Assembly: GCA_027604505.1 (NCBI GenBank)
Contig: JADIIX010000030.1
Span: forward strand, 1-64,000
Direction: 5' to 3'
DNA: 64,000 nt
Source of the DNA: Gonapodya sp. JEL0774
Taxonomy: Eukaryota
Both the position numbers and the translations under genes were made by a program. This document shows, piece after piece, positions 1 through 10,793 of the stretch (positions are counted from its first letter, which is position 1; each line of letters opens with the position of its first letter). A model generated the notes under the pieces. The model did no database searches. It had not been told where the DNA came from and saw nothing but the letters and a program-made list of their open reading frames with translations.

Positions 1-41
1 CCACCCTCCCATCCACCACCCACCCTCCTCAGCTCGTCACC

Positions 42-1817
42 ATGGGTCGCGTCATCCGTGTCCAGCGTAAAGGTGCCGGAGGTATCTTCAAGGCCCACAC
101 CAGCAAGCGTGTCGGCGCCGCTCAGCTCAGGCCTCTTGACTTTGCTGAAAGGTGTGTGTGTGTGTTTCATTGGAACTCTGTGGCCCCGAGCGTCGTCGGC
201 CAGATTGTGGAATTATTTGTCTGTGCCGAGATTTTGAGATTTCGAGCGAATGAGATTGTGCCGAGATTTGGAGATTTCGAGCGAATGAGCGTGTGCCGAG
301 ATTTTGAGATTTCGAGCGAGTGAGCGTGTGCCGAGATTTGGAGATTTCGAGCGAATGAGATTGTGCCGAGATTTGGAGATTTCGAGCGAATGAGATTGTG
401 CCGAGATTTGGAGATTTCCAGGAAGGAGCGTGTAGGACATTTTGAGCAACGTAGGGACTTGGACTTGGCCCCCCGTATGGCCCGCTCTCCCCTTCAGAAC
501 ACTTCCATAATTTATGGACATCCCTCCTCTCCACCCGCGTCCCAACTTGCCACCTTCCCCATCCTCCCTGTGCTCCCCTCCCCAGGCACGGCTACATCCG
601 CGGCATCGTCAAGGAGGTCGTCCACGACTCTGGCCGTGGCGCACCCCTGGCCATTGTCCACTACCGCGACCCGTACAAGTTCAAGGTCGTCAAGCAGATC
701 ACCGTCGCCACAGAGGGCATGTACACGGGGCAGTTTGTGTATTCGGGGAAGAAGGGTGCGTATACGTATCTTTTGGATTTTTTCTCCTTTCTTGATTTTT
801 TTGTGGTTGTTTGAGAGAGAGGGGGTGGGAGAGAGAGAGAGGGGGTGGGGGGGGGAGAGAGAGAGAATGGGTGTTTTGATTCGGGAGTTGCTTCGTGTGT
901 GTGGAAGTGCGGATGGCATCTGTTTTGGTCTGGACGGACTCTGACAAGTGGGGATGCAAGGGTGTCTGTCGGACTCGCCTCCACCCTGCAACCCGCACGC
1001 CAATGGTCCTCACACCTCCCATCTCACTCTCCCCACCCCTGTTCCCCTTCCCCCTTGCACCACCCTTTCCCCCTTCCCCCTTTCCTAGCCACCCTCGCCG
1101 TGGGCAACACCCTCCCTCTCGGCTCCATGCCCGAAGGAGCCATTGTGTGCAACATTGAGGAGAAGGTTGGCGACCGGGGCGCCCTGGCCCGCGCTTCGGG
1201 CAACTACGCGACCGTCATTGGCCACAACCACGACGAAGGCGTCACCAGGATTAAATTGCCGTCGGGGGCGAAAAAGACCATTTTGAGCTCGTGCAGGGGG
1301 CAGGTCGGAATCGTGGCAGGGGGGGGAAGGATTGATAAGCCGTTGCTCAAGGTGCGTTGGTGGCGGGGGAGCTCTATGTTTTTTGGTGGTGGTGGTGGTT
1401 GTTGTTGTTGTTTGGTGGTGGTTTTCGGTTTTGTTTTGGTTTGGTTTTTTTTGTTTTGCCTCGCTTTCCTTCACCGCTCACGCGTGCCCGCTTGTGACGC
1501 ACCCCCCACGTACGTGAAACTCTTCCTCACTGACCCCCGTTTTATTCCCCCCCCCCCCCCTTCCGATTTCCCCTCTCTAGGCCGGTCGCGCGCACCACAA
1601 GTACCGCGTGAAGCGCAACAAGTGGCCACGCACGCGTGGTGTTGCCATGAACCCCGTGGACCACCCCCACGGTGGTGGTAACCACCAGCACGTCGGTCAC
1701 GCCACCACCGTGTCCCGCGCCGCACCGCCAGGACAGAAAGTGGGTCTCATTGCGGCCCGGAGGACGGGGTTGCTCAGGGGGTCCAAAAAGTTGCTCGAAG
1801 GGAAGGATACAGAGTAG
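42..1817 (+). CDS. RPL2: 60S ribosomal protein uL2 (L2/L8), 4 exons: 42-151, 586-755, 1089-1351, 1581-1817
   Basis: Spliced translation [13 protein letters not shown]...[15 protein letters not shown]...[12 protein letters not shown]...[37 protein letters not shown]. All three introns are GT-AG and keep the frame. Confidence 0.98.
223..420. repeat. 35-bp minisatellite (about 5.7 copies) in RPL2 intron 1
   Basis: Unit GTGCCGAGATTT(T/G)GAGATTTCGAGCGAATGAG(ATT/CGT) repeated in tandem. Confidence 0.95.
813..866. repeat. (GA)n and G-run simple repeat in RPL2 intron 2
   Basis: gagagagagggggtgggagagagagagagggggtggggggggagagagagag. Confidence 0.85.
1380..1456. repeat. (GGT)n/(TGT)n microsatellite and T-rich tract in RPL2 intron 3
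   Basis: ggtggtggtggtggttgttgttgttgt followed by ttttgg/ttttgt runs. Confidence 0.85.
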
Positions 1818-2257
1818 TAGAGCGAGGGGGAGGGGAGGGCAAGTGGGGTCGGGGGTGGTTTGGTTGTATTGTTGTTGGTTTCGTGTTGTGGTGTGGGTTG
1901 GTTGAATACAGAAAGCGCACTTATGTTCATACAACGAGAAGTGCTTGCGTGTGTGTTGCCGTGGTGGTGGTTGATCAGGTGCTTTGGTCTCTCTGTGGGG
2001 GGCACGAAATAAACCCGGATGACGTCGCCGCTGTGAAAGTACGCCCCACCTTTTTGATCGCGAGTGTTCACCCTCTTGTCCAACCGTTGGGAATAGGTTT
2101 GTACCACCGAATAACGACCGCTCCCGTGTCTCAATTTGTGCACATCAAAAGAAGAAAGGGAAAAAAGCGAGCCATTTGTACTTCGATGGAGTTCTTTATT
2201 ATTATTGAAAGACCATTGTTGTTTCTAGGGTAAGAGTTTTCTTGACTTCATTTGAGT

Positions 2258-5026
2258 CTACTGCTCGTGCGCACCCTCACGAATCTCCTCCGTGGCGGCA
2301 TGACCAGTCATGTGCTCCTCGGCGACTTTGTGAACATTGTTGACTTGAAGAACGCACGCAAGAGACAAAACACATTAATTCGTGACTTTCACCTCTTTCT
2401 GTTTCGGGGGATTAAAAACAGAAAAACTCCGACTCACGTGAGGCGTGTGAATTCTTGGCAAGATTGTCTCCAGACTTGTGCGGGGTGTGAGTACCGTGGT
2501 GGGCCAATTGGTCTGCAGACTTGCGAAGGACAGATTCGCTCCCGTGGTGCGCCAAATGGTCACCTGACTTGTGCTGTGGAGCCTCAAACTGATGGGCCAG
2601 CTGTCCCACAGACTTGCGAGGCGGAGCTTCACCACCATCGTTGTTGGAACTCTCTGGGGTCTTGTCAAGTGGAACCTCGCTGCCATGGTGAGCGATATGT
2701 TCACCAGACTTGTGGGCGGCAGATTCCTCTGCCCCGTGGTGAACGGATGATTCATCGTTGTGGTGCGCCAGATGCTCGCCAGATTTGTGTGCGACAGACT
2801 CATCCCCGCGATGCGCAAGCTTCTCTGCAGACTTGCGTGTCGCAGATTCCCCGCCATGGTGCGTGGAGACCTCCCCAGACTTGTGTGTCACGGGGATACC
2901 ATCCTCGTGCGCCAACTGCTCGCCAGACTTGCGCGTCACAGAGTCTCCTCCACCTCGGTGGGTCAACTGCTCTCCAGACTTCCGGGTCACGGCGTCGTGG
3001 TCACGGTGGGTCGATTGCCCTGATGATTTAGCAATGTTCGCGTCCGATCTGGTCACTTGGGCATCTATTTGTGACACGTAAGTAGATATGGTTAAAATTA
3101 CAACAAGTTCGACGGTGTTGATGATCCTCACTTGATCCAGTATGGGTCTGTGCGTTCAAAATCGGGTCTGGGGCAGAGACAGTTTGTTCAATCTCATCAA
3201 GACGCAAAATCGGACTTGTCGAGACACGTACTCGAGCGTTCCGCCTTCGGACCTATACTCATGCTAGCCGCAGGAGTCCCGGCAAGCTTGTTCGCTAATG
3301 ATTTGTCGAGTTTGAGAAGAGTGAGACAGGAATCCAACAGCAGTGAAAGACAGACGACGGGAAGCCACTTCTCACTTGAGCCAGCCACTGGGTTGGCAAT
3401 ATTTGCATCCGACTTGGTGCTCAAATTGGGAACTGTGGGCGCAAATTCAAGTTACATCCCGGGTACGTGCTCAGCCCAACCTACCCCACTCACTCGACAT
3501 AGGTTTTTGTTCTGCAGAGATCTTGGCTAGATTATCCCTAGACTGGGCAGCAGCTGATGAAGGAACGGTATGAAGCGGGACATGTGTTTGGATGTTAACA
3601 GGAGTTCATCAGCAGAAATGTCTCTCACCCTGAGCAGTTGCTGTCTTGACCAAGTTCTCGGTTGATCGAGTGGTGAGTTGCTGGTCTAAGTATCATAACA
3701 TTTTGAGAACCCAAAGGTATCGATTCTGATACGCCAGACGTACTGGAGCCACGAGATGCCAGCGCATCCTTGGATCTGGCTGCCAGCTGCATATTAGACC
3801 CGGTAGCATGCTTTTCGGTTTCATCCTTAGCAGCAACGTGAGGCGGCTCGGAGTGGTGGTGGTCCTCAGAGACCCTACCCTGAGTGTGGTGCGACCCTTC
3901 TCCGGCAAGCTCGTGCTTGGAAGAGGAAGTCTTCTTTTCTTGTAAAGCTGGATTCGAGTCAGCTTTTGGTGGCGCTGACTGGATGGTGTGGTCTTGGGGC
4001 ATGGGGAACGATGTTGGCTTGGCGGCGAAAGTTTGTTGGGGTGCAAGGGCGGCCTTGACAAGGTTGGCACTGGTAGACTCGACAACTTCGTGCCAATGCT
4101 CTTTGCAGTAAATATCATTTTCGAAGGGATAAGCTTTCATGTTGGGAAGGAGCTTGGCGCATGTCTGATGGTCCGTATCAGAACTGAGACGGTTGGTTTG
4201 TACGACATAATCGTTAACGACCCACCGTGCAAACAAAACAGTCCCCGTGGTATTTGCGCTGCTCCCCGCGAATTTCAATACCGATAATGGTGCCACTTTT
4301 AGTCTCACCATCCTGAGGAGGACGGATCTTTTCTTTGCAACGGTAGCACGACGGCAAGAATTTGTCGACATAGTCTTGCTCGCAGTAGTACTGGCCATCC
4401 TTGTCATAAAATTGGGATTCAATTGGAAGCTTGCACAGACAGCAAGCGAAGCATCCAACATGGAATCGTTTTCCGGCGGCCTTTTCAAAGATAACGGATG
4501 AGGATCGTTGCGACGAGACTCGACTTTCCCCAAGCCTACATCAACGACTTGGTCCTTGATTGTTTCATTACAAGCGTCACACTTGGGCAGGAAGAGGGTT
4601 TCATAGTCTGATGGGCAGTACGGCTTGTTCTCGGAGATCACAAACGGATCGTCTGACTTGAATGCTTTGCTACAGTGAGTGCATTTAAAGTGGCCAATGT
4701 GATACGATTCTCCATGTGCTTTCAAATAGTGGGCATCGAGGATTGGCTCTGTCCGGGCCAGACGGCGGTGCGTAAGTGAGAGAAAGTCGGTGTGGAGCGG
4801 TTTCAACTAAATGATTTTGACTCTGGGGCATGAAGGAGCACATCCCACCTTGACATCCATGGCAGTGCCCGCGGAAGTTGGGATCGTCGACCTTGGTAAG
4901 GTCTGTGGAAAGGACGGTCGGGAACATCAGTCTGTGATGCAGATGAGGCCTAACGTGAAAAAGGATGCCCCGCATACCCTTCTTAAATCCAGTAAAGATG
5001 TCGTCGAGTGCTTGAACAGCGTCCAT
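2258..5026 (-). CDS. Multi-exon LIM-domain protein (3 LIM domains) with a long Ser/His-rich repeat C-terminal tail
   Basis: LIM signatures CHGC...HIGHFKCTHC...PYCPSD, CDAC...FHVGCFACCLC...YYCEQD and CYRC...YHGDCFVCTTC...IYCKEH. Frame-preserving GT-AG exons at 3629-3685, 3494-3553, 3376-3432, 3232-3294, 3132-3167, 2438-3064 and 2258-2343 join ORF 3625..4806 to ORF 2412..3131. Confidence 0.85.
2450..3000 (-). repeat. About 11 coding tandem repeats of roughly 48 bp (15-17 aa), consensus [TA][RH]KS[GA][ED]xLAH[HR]G
   Basis: Recurring cagactt motif on the + strand. Peptide units include TRKSGEQLTH, TRKSGEQLAH, THKSGEVSTH, TRKSAEKLAH, AHKSGEHLAH, AHKSGEHIAH, QHKSGDHLAH and LRKSADQLAH. Confidence 0.9.
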
Positions 5027-5376
5027 CGTTGCTTAAATCGGTATTCTTCGGAAATGAGTGGATCAGGGTCAGAAGGATACAAGCGCTCACTCCCTGTCGC
5101 TGTGGGCTTGTGTGTGCGAAGCGCTCACCAAACATATTATAATCGCTCGAAACATCTGTTTCCAACATGGAAAATAGACCTTTCGCAAAGCCCAATTCAC
5201 AAAGAAAGATCCCGTACACCTGACCATGAAACCCGATCTTTTTTATAGGATGACGAACGAATCACGGCAGGTAGATATCACGATATTTTAGAGATTTTGC
5301 TTGTACAAGCTTTGAGATATATTTACGCCAATAAGTTTACTTCATATTCGATTGGCTTTATGATTTGACCGTCCAT

Positions 5377-8300
5377 TCACAAGTGCAGTTCCGCGATTAT
5401 GTTGGAGTAAATCTCCTTGAAAAGCAGTGGCTCTCCCATGAGCCGTTTAATCCGCACACCGTGTAACTTAAGTAGCCAAACCTTGGCAACTTCAATCTCA
5501 AACGCGACCTCAACTCTCTTGTGATCCAAATCATACAGTTTGCATTGAAGCACATAGTAGTCGGAGATCCTCTCGAAAACAAAACGATCCTCCCCATACA
5601 TCTGTGCCAAGACCAAGAGCACTCGGTGAACCTCCTGGAAAACAGCCTGTGGCGGCATGCTCGATGTCGTGTTACTGCTGAAGGCGTAACGAATTGATCG
5701 AATAGTTTTGGGAGGCTTGTGGAACATGTGCCATTCTTCAATCTCCTTCTTGGTCGGTTCTGGCAAGTCCTCGGTTGGTTCTGTGCCTCCATCGTCTAAC
5801 TCCCCTTTGTTGTCCGAGAACATGCCTGCTGCGATCGTGATCGGCGATGTCGCGCGGATCTCACTGTCTCGAGAGTTCGTGCTCGGGAGACGTGTAAGAG
5901 TATCGGGTGTGTCCACAGGTGAGGTGCTATCCGTAGATGATGCACTAACCCCAGATGGATTCGCCAAGTCTCCCAAAAACGATCCACGGTGAGCGTTATG
6001 GGAGCCCATTTCGAGATCCCAGTCATCCTCGCTTGTTGCACTCTTACTAGCGCTCGCCCTTGACGTGTTGGCAAGTTTCGAGGCGTTCGCGGCGACAGCG
6101 GCTGCCATAGCATCGCTCTCGGTCGCGAATCTGTTGTGCCGACGCGAAGAGCCTTGACCTTCAGTAGTGGCAATAGACGCTCTTCGGAGGAAGGTATTCG
6201 CACTTTGTGGCACCTGGATATTGTTTCGACCTGAGTTTGCCTGTGCCCGTGGTTGCGGGCCTCCAGAGGGCAGTCCAAGGGATTCCCGTCGACCGCCGCC
6301 GCTTGGCGCTCTGATTTTGACCGATGGCATAGTGGGAGACAAACGTTTTGTATCGTCACCATCATCAAGAGTAACGGTGATCGTCGCCCGCCGTTTAGGA
6401 GATTCGGATTCTCTAGCAGTCGATGCAGATTTCTCCATCATGGCAGGAGCGGTGCTGGGCCCCGCAGGTCCAGCGCTGGAGCTAATTTGCAGTGAGAGCC
6501 TTCGTCCGCTGCGAGCCTGGGGTCTTGCCGGCGCTTGGGGACCGCTGGGAAGCGGTGCGACAACATCCTCGCCCTCCTCGGTGATCCCTTGGTGTACGCG
6601 GGATTTCGATGGTTCGACACCTGTAACACCACCCACAGCCATAGGATCTGGGGACATTCCCGCGGGCTGCATGCTCGCCCGTCTCTTAAACATGCTCGCA
6701 GTCATGCCCGCCGAAGCAACCGCAGCCTTGGCCTGCATTAGCTTGTGTCTCTTTTCAGATCCATCCACGCTAGCGTGAGGTCGGAAGGTGTAAATGATAT
6801 AATCGTCTTCATGGTGTATCGACGAGATCAGCTGCGCGGGATCAGGGGTTTTTGGCGCCATGATTGGGGGTGGGACGGTCTCCTCGAGCATGACCCAAGG
6901 GTGGAGACGGAGCTCGGACATATCAATACGAGTTGAAGGGTCCTTGACGAGGATCCGAGAGAGAATGTCGCGCAGCTCTACGGAAGGTAAGGGTGAAGGG
7001 CCAATGGGGACGATTCTGAAATTACTCTTCTCAGTTTCTGCCTCACCTGTCGAAAAGTAGTCGGGGCATTTATAATCTACTGCCCGAATTTTAGAGTAAA
7101 GCGCCGAGATGTTTTCTCCGATAAACGGCGGTCGGCCAGTCATCATAATGTACAGCACAACTCCCATTGCCCAGATATCGGATTTTACACCAATGTACGG
7201 GATTCCCGAAATGAGTTCAACAGCTGCGTAATTGGGCGTGCCACAAAATGTCTACATAGAATGTTGATGAGCTGCCTCTCCCAAACATCCCAACCCCAGC
7301 ATTTACCTTCATGTAATCGTCAGCCTCACTGTTGAACGTTCGCCCAAGACCAAAATCCGATATCAAAATATTCCTATCTGCGCTCAGGAGCAGGTTCTCA
7401 AGCTTTAGGTCCCTGTGGACCACGTTCGCAGAGTGGCAGTGGTCCATAGCCGAGATAATTTGTCGGAAAAAACGTCTGGCCTCCTTCTCCGAGAGATGCT
7501 TGCGAGAAGCGATGTAATCTATCAGCTCCCCTCCAGGAGCGTACTCCCTGACGCGAAAACGTTTGTAGCCATAATGGAACCCACATTGGGTAGTTGAAAC
7601 TCACATAACGACATAACATTCATCTTCGTTCTCCATCACTTGATAGAGTTTTATAATGTTCGGGTGGTCCAGCCTCATTAGCAGTTGCACCTCCCCTTGA
7701 AGTGCTTTCACCACACCAGGTGCGGAAGATTCGTCAACCGCACCTCCCCCGCCAGGTGTATTTGATTTCTTTTCGGGCTCATTCGCCTTTTCCGTAGACT
7801 TTTCCTTCTCAACTTCTTTGACTTTCTCTGGTTCTCTTTCCTTCTTCGTTTCGCTTGCAAAACTCGCCTGCCGGGATCGTGTTGCCGACCGCCGTCCGTC
7901 TGATAAACTGCGGCTCGCGATTGGCTGACTCTCAGGCTGCACCTGTGCGTGCGCCTGCCGCTGCTCCCATTGCTTCTGATCTTGAGCCCGCATGTCCTTC
8001 AATTGCTGTTGGCGTTTCTCCTCTGCCTCCCGCTTCCTCTTATCACGCTCCTCTTGAACTTGTTTTGCTTTGCGAGCTTTCTCAGCAACCTGCTTTTTGT
8101 CGATAATTTTAATCGCTACCTGATGGCGAGTCAACATTGAACAGGAGATCGGATTGTGCGAGCCAGAGGTTCACAGGAAATATTCAAGTCATGCAGGCAA
8201 TTATGATATACAGGACAAGCGGTGAGTCAAAGAGCACAGAGCAGAGAATGAGTGATGACCAGATTTTACATGACTTTCGGGGCCATTTGGAGCGCACAAG

Positions 8301-8428
8301 ACACCACAACACACCTTTGCTCCAGTCTCTTTGTGATACCCAATCTTCACCTTTGAGAATGCGCCCTGTCCAATCGTCTTGCCGATCTGATAGTCCCCGA
8401 GAATCTTCTTCCTTTGGAGGAGAGACAT
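5377..8428 (-). CDS. CAMKL Ser/Thr kinase, MARK/PAR-1/Kin1-like, with C-terminal KA1 domain
   Basis: Motifs GQGAFSKV, VAIK, HPNII, HRDLKLEN, DFG, TFCGTPNYAAVE and DIW across several exons. The C-terminus FEIEVAKVWLLKLHGVRIKRLMGEPLLFKEIYSNIIAELHL is typical of KA1. Confidence 0.93.
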
Positions 8429-8950
8429 TGCAACTCGATAGTGAGAATCAATGTAGAGCCAAGAGGCGGCGCCCTCTGAGTGGAATCACTAAGATTGATT
8501 GAAGGACAGACGGTTTAGTTTGGAGAGCTTTATAGAGGAATCCGGGTGACCTAATGTACGAATGGGCAGGATCATCCTAACATTTGGTTGCGAAGGTGCC
8601 CCTCACGATCACCGTAAGTAATGATTTTAGAAAACACGATCATTTAACCAAAGATGTTGCAGCTGCCACTAGCTGCCATATCGGAACGTCAGACAAGACA
8701 TCCCAATCGAGATTTGATGTAGAAAGGACGGGAAGAGTTTATTCTACACATTTCCTCGGGAAAATTTCGCATGTTAATTCTATATGCGCATCTTTGAATT
8801 TAATGAGTGTGGTCCGGAATAAGTTTGTGTGACTGCAGTCATCGGAATTGAGCTGCGGTGCCTTCTGTTTTGTTCCGCCCGCCCTCTACCCCAGAAATCT
8901 GCTGGACTATTATCCCTCTGCCAACGACACCAATTAACAACCCCGGAATC

Positions 8951-10569
8951 ATGACTGACCGTGTCGGACTTGTTGCGAACCACCTGAGCGCTTTCCCCAA
9001 CGTGAGTTGAGCAGTTTTGAGTTGTGTAACTGGCTCATTCGCTCATCCTTTCCGAAAACTTGTAACAATACTTCAGGGAATTCTCGCTGGCCAGGTAGCC
9101 ATCATCACCGGGTAAGCACTCTGAGGACGCATGCAGATTTGGAGAACCGCGTTTGCGTTCTGTGTCGTCCCTGTCCCAACGGATTCCGACTCTCGCTTCA
9201 GTTCCGGACAGGGAATCGGTCGTAGCTCGGCGCTCCTCTTCGCCAAAGAAGGTGTGTTGAGAGTGGTTTCATGCCAGCATTATTTGATTCGCTTATTCGC
9301 TTCTCCTGTCTGGTCGACCGGGTATCGCACGTCCGCCAGGCTGCTCGGTTGTTGTTACTGACATCGACAAGGGTTTGTTTTAGTTTTGATGTGTTACTGG
9401 ATGCTAAGTTGGCGTGCTCCGGATATAATGTTCATTTGGACATCATTTCCAGCCAAGTCCGACTCAGTCGCCCAAGAGATCAACCAAGCTGGGGGCAAGG
9501 CCATTTCCCACCCGGGGTGAGCTTTGAACTCAAACCAACTTTCATGTCATTTTCGTTTTTGAGTAACTTGTACAACTTTGCGACATCAGCGACGTGACTG
9601 ATCCCAACTTCCCCGATGCCATCGTCAAGGCTTCCATTGCTGCTTTCGGCAAGATCAACATCATTGTCAACAATGCTGGATTTACTTTTGACGGCATGAT
9701 CCACAAAATGAGCGATGCGCAGTTCCAGTTGATGATCACCGTCCACAACACTGCGCCTTTCCGTCTCATCCGCGCTGCCGCCGACGAATTCCGGAAGAAC
9801 AACGGTTTGCATGAGTCGCACTTGGTTTCTACATTTCTTTTTTTACACGCGGGTTTCTATCTCAGGGGAGCCCAGAAGCATCGTTAATGTTTCCTCCACT
9901 TCTGGCATCCATGGCAACGTCGGCCAGGCCAACTATGCGGTTGCCAAGAGTGGTATTAATGGACTCACAAAAACGGTTGCGAAAGAGTGGGGTCCTCTTG
10001 GTGTTCGGTGAGTATTTTAATCCGCAATATCGACCCCGGCAAATCCCATTCTCTCTTCAACCAATCTTGTCCCTTTTCTACCATCAGGTGCAACTCAATT
10101 GCATTTGGCCTCGTAGATACTCGCCTCACTCGTGCCAAGGAATCCGGTGAGGCTATTGTTGTGGACGGGCAGAAGGTTGCCCTTGGTGTCCCAGAGCGCA
10201 TGAGGGCCGCCGGCGGGAGGGGTTTCGATTTCATCCCTCTGAGACGCGCGGGCACGCCTGAGGACGGTAAGTTGTGGTGGTACTTGTAATGTGTAGAGAG
10301 TCCCATACTCACTACCATGTTTGTATCTGTTCACTTTCCTCAACAGCCGCCGGTGCCGTCCTTTTCTTGGTGAGTTGAAACGAGTATTTTGCGGTTTGCG
10401 TGTTGTCTCACCGTGCTGATTTCGACATCCAGTCTTCGCCTCTTGCGTCTTACGGTATGTATTCACAGGCTCTGTTGTCTTGTTACCCAACCGTACTTTG
10501 GGTCACTGACTTTACATCTTGGCAGTCACTGGTCACACTTTGGAAGTTACTGGAGGAGTTGGTATCTAA
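8951..10569 (+). CDS. Short-chain dehydrogenase/reductase (FabG/3-oxoacyl-reductase-like) with N-terminal PTS2; about 10 exons
   Basis: Spliced [35 protein letters not shown]...NNAG...NVSSTSG...YAVAK...[14 protein letters not shown]. The TGxxxGxG, NNAG and YxxxK motifs are all present. Confidence 0.93.
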
Positions 10570-10793
10570 TCAGTTCAACTGCGCAGCTAATCATGAGGGA
10601 AGCAGGAGTGCTGTGTCATGCAAATATATCAATTCATTACCTGAGCTGGTGTCTTCCCATCGTCTTGAAGTTTCCTGACAGAGCCCGTTTCGGAATCTTA
10701 ACTGATATTGACAAACGACAATTATTATTTAATGGGAGAATGGCTTGATTTCGGACAGTTCTTCTACAATACAAGCTCCTACACACTGCTCCT

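Noticed and set aside
223..420. CRISPR-like array in RPL2 intron 1
   Set aside because: Units are contiguous with no unique spacers, the context is a eukaryotic intron, and there are no cas genes.
870..980. snoRNA in RPL2 intron 2
   Set aside because: A CTGA and small hairpins are present, but there is no recognisable C box or H/ACA layout.
3065..3131. Apparent signal peptide making ORF 2412..3131 a secreted His-rich protein or repeat-peptide precursor
   Set aside because: The hydrophobic N-terminus is translated intron: it begins at the gtgagg donor and ends at aaatag. The repeat exon splices in frame to the LIM gene, and there are no KR processing sites.
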